Shown: positions 1 through 7,027 of the stretch, one piece after another | How positions within the stretch are numbered: the stretch's first letter is position 1 | How the letters are laid out: every line of letters starts with the position of its first letter | IMG/VR virus record: IMGVR_UViG_3300005573_000268 | Coordinates: 1-24,462 of that record | Origin: a virus | Taxonomy: Duplodnaviria; Caudoviricetes | Direction: 5' to 3' (one strand) | DNA: 24,462 nt | The notes under the pieces: model-generated | Database searches by the model: none | Told to the model about the DNA's origin: nothing | Seen by the model: the letters and a program-made list of their open reading frames with translations, nothing else | Translations under genes and position numbers: made by a program

Positions 1-204
1 AGTATCTGTCACAGCAGGCATCCGGGACGTGTCGACCGCCCATTCGCGCACGTCGGCCCAGTCCCATACCGGCACGCGGGAAATCACCGCCACGGGCGCA
101 GGCAAGAGCCCGCGAGCACGCCACATCGAGACCGTGTTGGGCGCGACGGCGAGCCGCGTGGCAATCTCTGCGGGACCGACGAGCTCGGCCGGGTCGACCA
201 TCAT
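1..204 (-). CDS. AlpA/excisionase-like helix-turn-helix DNA-binding protein (3' end runs off the window)
   Basis: Not in the ORF track. ATG at 204 overlaps the stop of the upstream gene (ATGA). It translates as MMVDPAELVGPAEIATRLAVAPNTVSMWRARGLLPAPVAVISRVPVWDWADVREWAVDTSRMPAVTDT..., which fits the AlpA/Xis winged-HTH pattern (EIA.RL.V...TV..WR..G.LP.P......W...DV..W). Confidence 0.8.
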   Translation of the reverse strand, partial: MMVDPAELVGPAEIATRLAVAPNTVSMWRARGLLPAPVAVISRVPVWDWADVREWAVDTSRMPAVTDT

Positions 205-434
205 CGGGCCATCTCGAACAGCGCCGCACGGTCCAGGTCGGAGGCTTGCAGGGCGATGTCCGCGAGCATGTCGAGCTCGGGCGCATCGAACAGCGCCACC
301 GCGCCGGACGTCGTGAACAGCTGGCGCTGGGAGGCGACGAAGTTCCGCGCCCGCTCGAGCGCAGGACGCACCGGCTCGGCCGTGCGCGCTACCCGCGTGG
401 TCGGGTCCGTGGATGGTGCGTGGTGGGTGCCCAT
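201..434 (-). CDS. hypothetical protein (77 aa)
   Basis: Part of track ORF 201..464. ATG at 434 is preferred because it lies 1 nt after the stop of the upstream small ORF. Its stop overlaps the start of the HTH gene. Confidence 0.6.
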   Translation of the reverse strand: MGTHHAPSTDPTTRVARTAEPVRPALERARNFVASQRQLFTTSGAVALFDAPELDMLADIALQASDLDRAALFEMAR

Positions 435-435
435 G

Positions 436-528
436 TCAGGCCAGGAACGCGGCGACGTCGCCACCGTCGCTCTGGACTAGGGCGACTGCCTCGTGGCGGC
501 TGTAGGTGGGGAACTCCGTGGTGTGCAT
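436..528 (-). CDS. small leaderless ORF (30 aa, MHTTEFPTYSRHEAVALVQSDGGDVAAFLA)
   Basis: ATG at 528 lies 7 nt downstream of a -10 box. Its TGA (438-436) is 1 nt before the next ATG. Confidence 0.5.
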   Translation of the reverse strand: MHTTEFPTYSRHEAVALVQSDGGDVAAFLA

Positions 529-535
529 GGGTGAC

Positions 536-564
536 AACATACTTGGGACATCCCCGGTTGTCAA
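536..564 (-). promoter_or_regulatory. leftward sigma70-type promoter TTGACA-N17-TATGTT, overlapped by inverted repeat TGACAAC/GTTGTCA (possible operator)
   Basis: The minus strand reads TTGACA (564-559), a 17-nt spacer, then TATGTT (541-536). The inverted repeat arms are at 532-538 and 557-563. Confidence 0.75.
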
Positions 565-732
565 CCCTACGGAGACAGATTCCCGGAATCCCCGAGCGCA
601 CCCACCGTGAGCTGGCGTGCCCGGTAGTGCCCGGATGCGGCTGGCTAGACTGAGAGCCGCGGACGCGGATCGGGGGACGGTCCCAACGTCTCCGGGATTC
701 CTCCTCGACGAGCTTGCGAGGAAGAGCCTGCG

Positions 733-1165
733 CCCACGGCGCTCCCACGGCGAAGCCGGGCACGAAGGACGCTAGGCAGTGACCACGATGATGGCCTACC
801 GCTAGGCAGTGATGTGAGGAAAGGTCACTAGAGAGAGAAGGCTCGAAGAAGGGTGAGGGTGAGAATCATTACCATTAGCACCCGAGCCTTCAGCAGTGTT
901 TGCGCGGGAAGCGCGAAGCGCCTAGAGGGAGTGCCTCTAGCGGTAGTAGGTCTCGAGAAGGTGTGAGAAGGCTCGAAGAAGAGCACCAAAGCACAAAGTC
1001 ACTGCTATGTACTCTGCTCTCAGTGCTCTCACCTGCATGAATGGTGAGACGAGCAAGGATCACGAGCGAGAAGGCTCAGAATCTCACCAAGAGTGAGCGT
1101 GAGCGAAGCTCACACCAGGCTCAGGCTCGAAGGCTCAGGCTCACGCAGGGGGGGTACCTTGCGTA
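733..1165. repeat. non-coding region with direct repeats, nested inverted repeats and GCGAAGC mini-hairpins (candidate pac/cos region, origin or structured RNA)
   Basis: CGCTAGGCAGTGA occurs at 770-782 and 800-812. GAGAAGGCTCGAAGAAG occurs at 835-851 and 965-981. Further AGGCTC copies lie at 1068-1077 and 1116-1143, with an inverted copy at 883-891. There is no credible ORF, and the region is lower in GC than the flanking genes and purine-rich. Confidence 0.7.
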
Positions 1166-1245
1166 GACGCAGGGCCGAGAGCGGCGGGTGAGCATTCAAC
1201 CCTCAACCCCCTTTTCTATGCCCCCTCCCTGGCGTGGCTGTTCAC

Positions 1246-1279
1246 GTGCCCGCATGAGCCCCCCGTAGCTCCGTACGGT
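1246..1279 (+). promoter_or_regulatory. putative late promoter 1: GTGCCCGCAT-N18-TACGGT
   Basis: One of four copies with identical 18-nt spacing. A GTG start lies 7 nt after the -10 box (1287). Confidence 0.7.
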
Positions 1280-1286
1280 GCCGCCC

Positions 1287-1487
1287 GTGAGCAACGGCAG
1301 GCACTACAGGCGCACGACCGCCAAGGGCACACAGGACGCTCGAACTCGGCTGCTGGCTCTGGCGATGGTTCCCGAGGCGATGGCCCAGGAATCTCGTCGG
1401 CGCTTCGACGAGATCGCAGCGATCGAGCGCTCCAAGCGTGCGCACCCGTCCCGACAGGTCAAGGAGGCGTCATGCGCCACCCCGTAG
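1287..1487 (+). CDS. hypothetical protein, probably leaderless
   Basis: Track ORF 1278..1487. The start was moved to GTG 1287 because of the promoter spacing. Its 3' end overlaps the next gene. Confidence 0.5.
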   Translation: MSNGRHYRRTTAKGTQDARTRLLALAMVPEAMAQESRRRFDEIAAIERSKRAHPSRQVKEASCATP

Positions 1488-1627
1488 CGGTCCTCAACGA
1501 GATGAAGCGCGACAAGAAGTGGGACAAGGCCCACGGCATCACCGAAGGGTCCTGGCAAGATGAGGCGATCGACGCAGCGGCACGCAAGCGGGCAGAGGAC
1601 CCCCCACCGCGGAAGGGGAAGAAGTGA
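1472..1627 (+). CDS. small basic hypothetical protein (51 aa, MRHPVAVLNEMKRDKKWDKAHGITEGSWQDEAIDAAARKRAEDPPPRKGKK)
   Basis: Not in the ORF track. Strong RBS AAGGAGG at 1461-1467, and a TGATG overlap with the next gene. Confidence 0.7.
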   Translation: MRHPVAVLNEMKRDKKWDKAHGITEGSWQDEAIDAAARKRAEDPPPRKGKK

Positions 1628-1827
1628 TGGCGCTCTCCAAGAAGGGCCGTGCTGCACTGCCGAAGGGCGACTTCGCCGGTCCTGGGCGGTCCTTCCCGAT
1701 CGAGAACAAGGCCCACGCCGAAGCGGCGCTGATGGATGTCAAAGCCGCCCAGGCCAAGCACACGATCACCCCCGGCGAGGCGGCCGAGATCAGGCGCGAG
1801 GCCAAGCACAAGCTCAAGGGGTACTGA
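1627..1827 (+). CDS. DUF6582-like small protein
   Basis: MALSKKGRAALPKGDFAGPGRSFPIENKAHAEAAL resembles the L..K.R..LP...FA.P.R.YPI.D..HA.NAL pattern. Start is translationally coupled to the upstream stop. Confidence 0.7.
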   Translation: MALSKKGRAALPKGDFAGPGRSFPIENKAHAEAALMDVKAAQAKHTITPGEAAEIRREAKHKLKGY

Positions 1828-1831
1828 CGAG

Positions 1832-2116
1832 GTGATCGACGCCGACACGCTCTCGGACCGTCGCCGGGACGCTCTGGCGCGCTTCCTGGCCGAGAACGCC
1901 GAGCTCTTCGCCGGCCATCCCGAAGACGGCATCGGGTGCATCGATGGTGCGTCTCCTGCGGGGATCGTGCTCGTCGCGTGGTGGGACGCTCCGGCCGATG
2001 AGTCGGTGGCGATCGGGGCGTGGGCGGACCACGAGGAGTTCGACGACTGGGAGCTCAAGATCGCCCGTGAGGCCCTTGGCTACGCCGCTCAGCACCTCAT
2101 GTGCTGGCGCACGTGA
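1832..2116 (+). CDS. hypothetical acidic protein
   Basis: GTG lies 4 nt after the upstream stop, in the frame of track ORF 1736..2116. GTGA overlap with the next gene. Confidence 0.65.
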   Translation: MIDADTLSDRRRDALARFLAENAELFAGHPEDGIGCIDGASPAGIVLVAWWDAPADESVAIGAWADHEEFDDWELKIAREALGYAAQHLMCWRT

Positions 2117-2646
2117 GCCCGAGCGGTCCCCGCGCCCAGCCGTTCAGGCCCGGACGCCCTCGCAAGATCGCCGCTGAGCGCGCTCAACTCGTCCCCCTCG
2201 CACAGGACAAGCTCGCCGAGCTCGGCCCCGAGGACAAGCGCGCCGAGGCGTGGTACCTCTCGGTCACCGGGCGCACCCAGCTCGAGATCGCTGCGCACTT
2301 CGGGGTCGCCCCCGGCACCATCCAGCGCTGGCTCAAGCAGGCAGCGCTCGAGCGCCGGCAGCGTGCCGAGAACGTCGATGAGGAGGCCGAGCGCATCATC
2401 GGCACCATCGAGGCCGTCGCCACCGAGGCGTGGAAGCGCCACGAGGCGTCCGATGTCGACGGGCTGTCCGGGCCGAACTACCTCCGGCTCGTGCTCGACT
2501 CCATGAAGGAGATCGCACGCCTGCGCGGCATCGACCAGGCCATCTCCACCGGCGGGAGCGCCGGCACGACGACTCTGCGGGTCCGCATCGGTGGCCGTGA
2601 CATCTCCGGCACGCCGGTGATCGACGTCGGGGTCCAGACCACGTGA
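2113..2646 (+). CDS. terS: terminase small subunit (HTH DNA-binding protein)
   Basis: HTH TQLEIAAHFGVAPGTIQRWL followed by a helical oligomerisation-like region. It lies immediately upstream of the large terminase and overlaps it. An N-terminal GRPRK motif is AT-hook-like. Confidence 0.7.
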   Translation: MSPSGPRAQPFRPGRPRKIAAERAQLVPLAQDKLAELGPEDKRAEAWYLSVTGRTQLEIAAHFGVAPGTIQRWLKQAALERRQRAENVDEEAERIIGTIEAVATEAWKRHEASDVDGLSGPNYLRLVLDSMKEIARLRGIDQAISTGGSAGTTTLRVRIGGRDISGTPVIDVGVQTT

Positions 2647-3914
2647 GCCCGATCCGTGCCGCGGAAGCCCGCGCAGCCGACCGCGGGATGCGCGACATCG
2701 AGTGGCAGATCGACCTCGACTTCCACCCCGCGCAGACCGCCATCTTCGAGTCCCCGGCCCGCTTCAAGGTCGTCGCTGCCGGGCGGCGCTTCGGTAAGAC
2801 GTTCCTCGGCGGTGCGCTCGTGCTCCTCGCCGCGCTTTCCAAGCCCGACGCCGTGGTCTGGTGGCTCTCGCCGTCGCACTCTCAGAGCCGGGACGTCATG
2901 CGCTACGTCTCGAAGCTAATCCCTCACAGCCACCGGGACATCAACCGCTCCACCGGCGAGATCTTCTTCCCCAACGGCTCCGTGATCGCCTTCAAGTCCG
3001 GCGACCGCTTCGACAACCTGCGTGGCGCGGGCCTCGACTTCGTGGTCATCGACGAGGCGGCCCAGCTCTCCGAGGAGCTGTGGAAGTCCGTCGTGCGGCC
3101 GATGCTCGCCGACAAGCTCGGGCGGGCGCTCCTCATCTCGACCTTTAACGGGGAGAACTGGTTCTACGACGTCCACCGCTTCGCCATCGACCCGGCGAAC
3201 ACCGAGTGGGAGTGCTGGACGTTCATCACCGCGACGAACCCGCTCATCGACCCCGCCGAGATCGAGGAGGCCCGTCGTGGGATGCCGAAGGAGGTCTTCG
3301 AGCAGGAGTTCATGTGCTCCCCGCTCGCCTTCTCCGGGGCCGTGTTCTCCTCCGAGCGCCTGACCGCTGCCTACGCCGCCCAGCAGGGCCTCGGTGCGCT
3401 GGCCCACGGGCGCCCGCACGAAGCCGGGCTCGACTGGGGATGGAACACGACCGCGCTCGAGGTCTGCGCCGAGCTCGCCGACGGGCGCATCGCCTGGGTG
3501 GGGGAGGCCGTCTGGCACCGGGTGGAGCTCAACGAGCGGTGCCACTTCATCTCCGAGGTCTGCCGGGAGCACAACGTCGTCACGCTCTACGCTGACGCTG
3601 CCGGCGCGACCGAGATCGCCACGCTCGCCAAGGCGCTCGATGCCGCCAAGGCCCCGACGGTGATCGTCCCGGTGCCCTTCAACGCCTACAAGCGCCCAGG
3701 GATCATGACCCGCAACTTCTTCCTCGAGCAGGGCCGTGAAGTTCTCACAGCCTCGTGCCCGCAGCTCTACGCGGACTCGAAGGCTTACCACTACGACAAG
3801 ACCGGCGAGATGCCGGAGAAGGTCAACGACCACACCGTTGACGCGGCGACCGCCTTCTACGCCTCGCGCGCCTGGCAGCTCGGCGAGCACCTCCAAGACC
3901 CGAAGGAGTTCTGA
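2643..3914 (+). CDS. terL: terminase large subunit
   Basis: Adenine-binding HPAQ, Walker A GRRFGKT, Walker B VVIDEAA, coupling motif IST, and RNase H-like nuclease motifs GLDWG and NDHTVDA. Confidence 0.95.
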   Translation: MSPIRAAEARAADRGMRDIEWQIDLDFHPAQTAIFESPARFKVVAAGRRFGKTFLGGALVLLAALSKPDAVVWWLSPSHSQSRDVMRYVSKLIPHSHRDINRSTGEIFFPNGSVIAFKSGDRFDNLRGAGLDFVVIDEAAQLSEELWKSVVRPMLADKLGRALLISTFNGENWFYDVHRFAIDPANTEWECWTFITATNPLIDPAEIEEARRGMPKEVFEQEFMCSPLAFSGAVFSSERLTAAYAAQQGLGALAHGRPHEAGLDWGWNTTALEVCAELADGRIAWVGEAVWHRVELNERCHFISEVCREHNVVTLYADAAGATEIATLAKALDAAKAPTVIVPVPFNAYKRPGIMTRNFFLEQGREVLTASCPQLYADSKAYHYDKTGEMPEKVNDHTVDAATAFYASRAWQLGEHLQDPKEF

Positions 3915-3915
3915 G

Positions 3916-5433
3916 ATGGCACCCACCTGGCTCCAGCGGGTCGTCACGAAGGCCGAGAAGGCCGACACGTGGCCGCCGAAGGAGGTGCGCGAGCACTGGT
4001 TCGAGGTCGAGGGCTACCGGCGCCGGTACCGCAACGACCGCGCCCAGCTCGTGCGCCACAATCCGAACCTCGCGACCCGACAGGGCTCCCTCGAGCACTT
4101 CGTCCCGGTCCCGTGGCCCCGTGAGCTGTGCCGCTTCTCCGCAGCGCTGCTGTTCTCGGTGACGCCGCGCGTGACGTCCAAGCTCGCGCAGGACAACCTC
4201 GAGGTGTTCGAGCGCATCAACGACATCGGCTCCTTCGCCACCGACGGCGGCGAGCAGGCGGCGTGCGACGGGCGCATCGGCATCCGGGTGATCCAGGACG
4301 ACTCCGTGAGCCGCAAGGCTCCGCTGCTCACCATCGTGCCCGAGGACCAGATCATATGGGACCTGCGCCACGGGCGGTTCTACATGGGCGGGACGATCGT
4401 CATCACCCGCAAGGTCCACCAGGAGGACCGCAACGAGGCAGCGACCATGCGGATGCTCGAGACCCACCAGGTCGGCAGCGTGGAGCGGCGCCTTTACAAG
4501 GGCGACGAGCAGGAGCTAGGCAAGGAAGTCCCCCTCACCTCGTTCCCCGAGTTCGCGGACCTGAAGCCGACGGTGCTCACCGGACTCGACAAGTCCACGC
4601 TCATCCCGTGGCAGAACGTGCCGGGCGCGCGCTCGGACCTGTTCGGCCTCGGCCCGCTGTTCGACGAGGTGAACGAGGCCGAGTCGCTGCTGCTCGCACG
4701 TGGTCGCCAGAGCCAGCCCCGCACCTTCGTCGACCGGTCGCTCGTCGACGAGACCGGAACCCTCAAGGCCGAGGGCTACATCATCACCGGCGGCTCCCGG
4801 ATGCAGCTTCCTCTCGGCACGACGCCCACCTCGACGATCGCCACCGTCCAACCGCAGTTCTACGCCCCTCAGCACATCGCGTGGGCCGATCACGTCACCC
4901 AGCTCCTCGTCACCTGCGCCGGCTACGCCCCGGACACCTGGGGCATCCAGGGCAAGACCGCCTCGATCCAGCGGGCCGTCTCCGGCTACGCGATGAAGCT
5001 GAGCCAGTTACGGACGCTGCTCACCCGGTCCGCGAAGGAGCACATGGCGCTCGAGGCTCTCGGGTGGTCGGTCGCCACCGGGCTTGCGATGATGGCCGGC
5101 GCGTCCGAGGTCGACGAGTTCCTGCCGTCGATCGAGCTCGGTGACGGTCTGCCCAACGACCCGCTCGACGGTGCCCAAGAGGTGCTGTTCCTGCGCCAGG
5201 CCACCGCGGCCTCCACCGAGGAGCTGGTCAAGACGGTGCACCCGACCTGGACGAGCCAGGAGGTGCAAGAGGAGGCCCAGCGCATCATGGACGAGGGCGC
5301 CTTCGCCGCGGCGGGCGCTGCCAGCCAGGGCCTCGGCGCCGGGGGGCTCACGAAGCGCCTCAAGGCCATGCTGATCGCGGACGACGATACGGCCGGCGGC
5401 GGTATCGACAGCGGTGCGCCGCCGGTTGACTGA
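3916..5433 (+). CDS. portal protein (SPP1 gp6/A118-like)
   Basis: ATG lies 1 nt after the terL stop. About 505 aa. Has SGYAMKL and a C-terminal STEELVKTVHPTWTSQEVQEEAQRI motif typical of this portal group. Position after terL fits. Confidence 0.88.
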   Translation: MAPTWLQRVVTKAEKADTWPPKEVREHWFEVEGYRRRYRNDRAQLVRHNPNLATRQGSLEHFVPVPWPRELCRFSAALLFSVTPRVTSKLAQDNLEVFERINDIGSFATDGGEQAACDGRIGIRVIQDDSVSRKAPLLTIVPEDQIIWDLRHGRFYMGGTIVITRKVHQEDRNEAATMRMLETHQVGSVERRLYKGDEQELGKEVPLTSFPEFADLKPTVLTGLDKSTLIPWQNVPGARSDLFGLGPLFDEVNEAESLLLARGRQSQPRTFVDRSLVDETGTLKAEGYIITGGSRMQLPLGTTPTSTIATVQPQFYAPQHIAWADHVTQLLVTCAGYAPDTWGIQGKTASIQRAVSGYAMKLSQLRTLLTRSAKEHMALEALGWSVATGLAMMAGASEVDEFLPSIELGDGLPNDPLDGAQEVLFLRQATAASTEELVKTVHPTWTSQEVQEEAQRIMDEGAFAAAGAASQGLGAGGLTKRLKAMLIADDDTAGGGIDSGAPPVD

Positions 5434-6080
5434 TGCCCGACGCCCCAGCTACCCCTCCCACCCCGCAACAGAAGCAGGACCGCGCGGCGTTCCTCGCACT
5501 CGTGTCCGCGTTCTCCCTCGGGATACTCGGCTTCGGCCTCGTGCTGGCGGTCGAGGACGCTCTCGGGAGACTGGTGCCGAGGCCCCCGATGAACGTGACG
5601 ACGTTCGTGGCGAACCTGGTGTCGCAGTCCGAGGTGGTCGCCACGGTGCCCTCGATCGTCGCCCGCGAGGGGCCGTGCCAGCGCCACGAGGCGAAGATGG
5701 CCCCACGGTGGCGGGCGCTCTACACCCTCATGGCCGTCGAGCGCCTCACGGCGGCCAAGGACCTCGGGAAGGCTGAGCACCTCGAGCGGTATTACTTCAC
5801 CCTCCAGGTCGCCGCAGAGGCTCGTCGGATGCGCTCGGCGGCTCTCGTCGATGTCGCCGCAGCGCTCACCGCGGACCGGCGCCCCGAGGGCCCGGTACCG
5901 CTCCTGAACTGGCGAGCTGTCATCGACACCAGGACAACGCCAGAGTGCCGGGCGGCGAACGGGAAGAACTTCCGTGCCGATCGGATGCCAGACATCGGCT
6001 GGCCCGGCTCGGTCCACCGCGCTTGCAGGTGTACGTGCGGCCCAGAGGTGCCTGGCGCTCCGCTGCTGCCTTCGTCGTAG
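5433..6080 (+). CDS. MuF/SPP1 gp7-like minor head protein
   Basis: C-terminal WRAVIDTRTTPECRAANG...PGSVHRACRC motif, located after the portal. Confidence 0.82.
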   Translation: MPDAPATPPTPQQKQDRAAFLALVSAFSLGILGFGLVLAVEDALGRLVPRPPMNVTTFVANLVSQSEVVATVPSIVAREGPCQRHEAKMAPRWRALYTLMAVERLTAAKDLGKAEHLERYYFTLQVAAEARRMRSAALVDVAAALTADRRPEGPVPLLNWRAVIDTRTTPECRAANGKNFRADRMPDIGWPGSVHRACRCTCGPEVPGAPLLPSS

Positions 6081-6134
6081 TCGGCCCTGGGGTTGCGCCC
6101 CGTGCCTGCTGCCCGCAGGTCCTACGTGTGGGCC

Positions 6135-6231
6135 ACGCACGCCCCGGATTCGAACCGGGTTCGTCGCCTTCCCCGATCTCGGGTCGGGTCCTCCGGCACC
6201 ACAGCCGGTGTGCTCGTTACACCATCAGGCG
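6135..6231 (-). ncRNA. degenerate tRNA-like element (His-GTG-like, long variable arm), possibly a tRNA pseudogene
   Basis: Minus strand: acceptor CGCCTGA/GCGTGCG (5 of 7 paired), TG, D stem GTGT/GCAC, anticodon stem CCGGC/GCCGG around TGTGGT, a variable region of about 33 nt with a CCCGA/TCGGG hairpin, and a perfect T arm CCCGG-TTCGAAT-CCGGG. There is no CCA. A TACACT -10 box lies upstream at 6245-6240. Confidence 0.55.
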
Positions 6232-6248
6232 GAAACCCCAGTGTAGCC

Positions 6249-6282
6249 GTGCCCGCTTCCCCGCGCGGTCCCTCCATACGGT
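6249..6282 (+). promoter_or_regulatory. putative late promoter 2: GTGCCCGCTT-N18-TACGGT (scaffold/capsid module)
   Basis: Same motif and spacing as the other three copies. Intergenic, upstream of the scaffold RBS GGAGGAG. Confidence 0.72.
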
Positions 6283-6325
6283 CCGGCTCGACCGCACCGG
6301 ACGGGACTTCCGGGGGAGGAGAGAC

Positions 6326-7009
6326 GTGCACACTGAGGATGAGAGCCCCGTCAGATGGGGCGACCGCTGGCATTGGCCCGACGGCACCAGCTTGCCCGTC
6401 GTTGGTGGTGGGGACGGTCCACCGGACCCTCCTGCGCCACCTGCTGCACCGCCTGCGCCGCCTGCCCCGCCACCGTCTGACCGCACCTTCACCCAAGCCG
6501 ACCTCGACAAGATCGCCGGGGAGTCCCGAGACTCGGGACGCAAGGCCGCAGAGAAGGCGCTGCTCGATGCCCTCGGTGTGACGGATGTCGAAGCTGCCAA
6601 GACCGCTCTCGCAGCGGCCAAGGCTGCCGAGGACGCGCAGAAGACCGAGCTGCAACGAGCGACCGAGGAGCGGGACCGGCTCAAGGCAGAAGCGGAGCGG
6701 GCACAAGCTCTTGCCGCGACGACCCTGGCCGGAGCCAAGATCGAGGGAGCGCTACGAGACGCCGGGATCAACCCGGCGCGCATCGAAGCGGCCCTCAAGC
6801 TCGTCGATCACTCAGCAGTCAAGGTCGAGGGGCTTGCCGTCGAGGGAGTGGCCGAAGCTGTGGCCGCGCTCAAGGCTGCAACCCCGGAGTGGTTCGGCTC
6901 GAGCCGCGCGCCCGAGACCGGTGGACCACCCCCCAGCGCTCAGGACTTCCGCACCGCCTCTCCCGATGAGCTTGCACGCGAGTTCGCCAGATACGGCATC
7001 CGCCTCTAG
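6326..7009 (+). CDS. capsid scaffolding protein
   Basis: GTG follows the RBS GGAGGAG. Pro-rich linker, TFTQADLDKI motif, coiled coil and LKAATPEWF. Located upstream of the major capsid gene. Confidence 0.85.
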   Translation: MHTEDESPVRWGDRWHWPDGTSLPVVGGGDGPPDPPAPPAAPPAPPAPPPSDRTFTQADLDKIAGESRDSGRKAAEKALLDALGVTDVEAAKTALAAAKAAEDAQKTELQRATEERDRLKAEAERAQALAATTLAGAKIEGALRDAGINPARIEAALKLVDHSAVKVEGLAVEGVAEAVAALKAATPEWFGSSRAPETGGPPPSAQDFRTASPDELAREFARYGIRL

Positions 7010-7027
7010 CCCGAAGGAGATTCCCCC

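Noticed and set aside
246-763. Track ORFs 246..653 (+) and 389..763 (-)
   Set aside because: They are Arg/Pro-rich, lack motifs, and conflict with the better-supported leftward operon and promoter.
770-1143. Repeats considered as a CRISPR array
   Set aside because: The units are short (6-17 bp), irregularly spaced and in mixed orientation. There is no constant repeat-spacer period and no cas gene.
6135-6231. Functional canonical tRNA-His
   Set aside because: It has a 6-nt anticodon loop, a truncated D loop, acceptor mismatches and no CCA, so it is kept only as a tRNA-like element.
5945-6325. N-terminal extension of the scaffold ORF given in the track
   Set aside because: It overlaps the MuF gene, the tRNA-like element and the promoter. 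The strong RBS supports GTG 6326.
6420-6480. CCTGCGCCACCTGCTGCACCG-type tandem repeats
   Set aside because: They simply encode the Pro/Ala linker of the scaffold.
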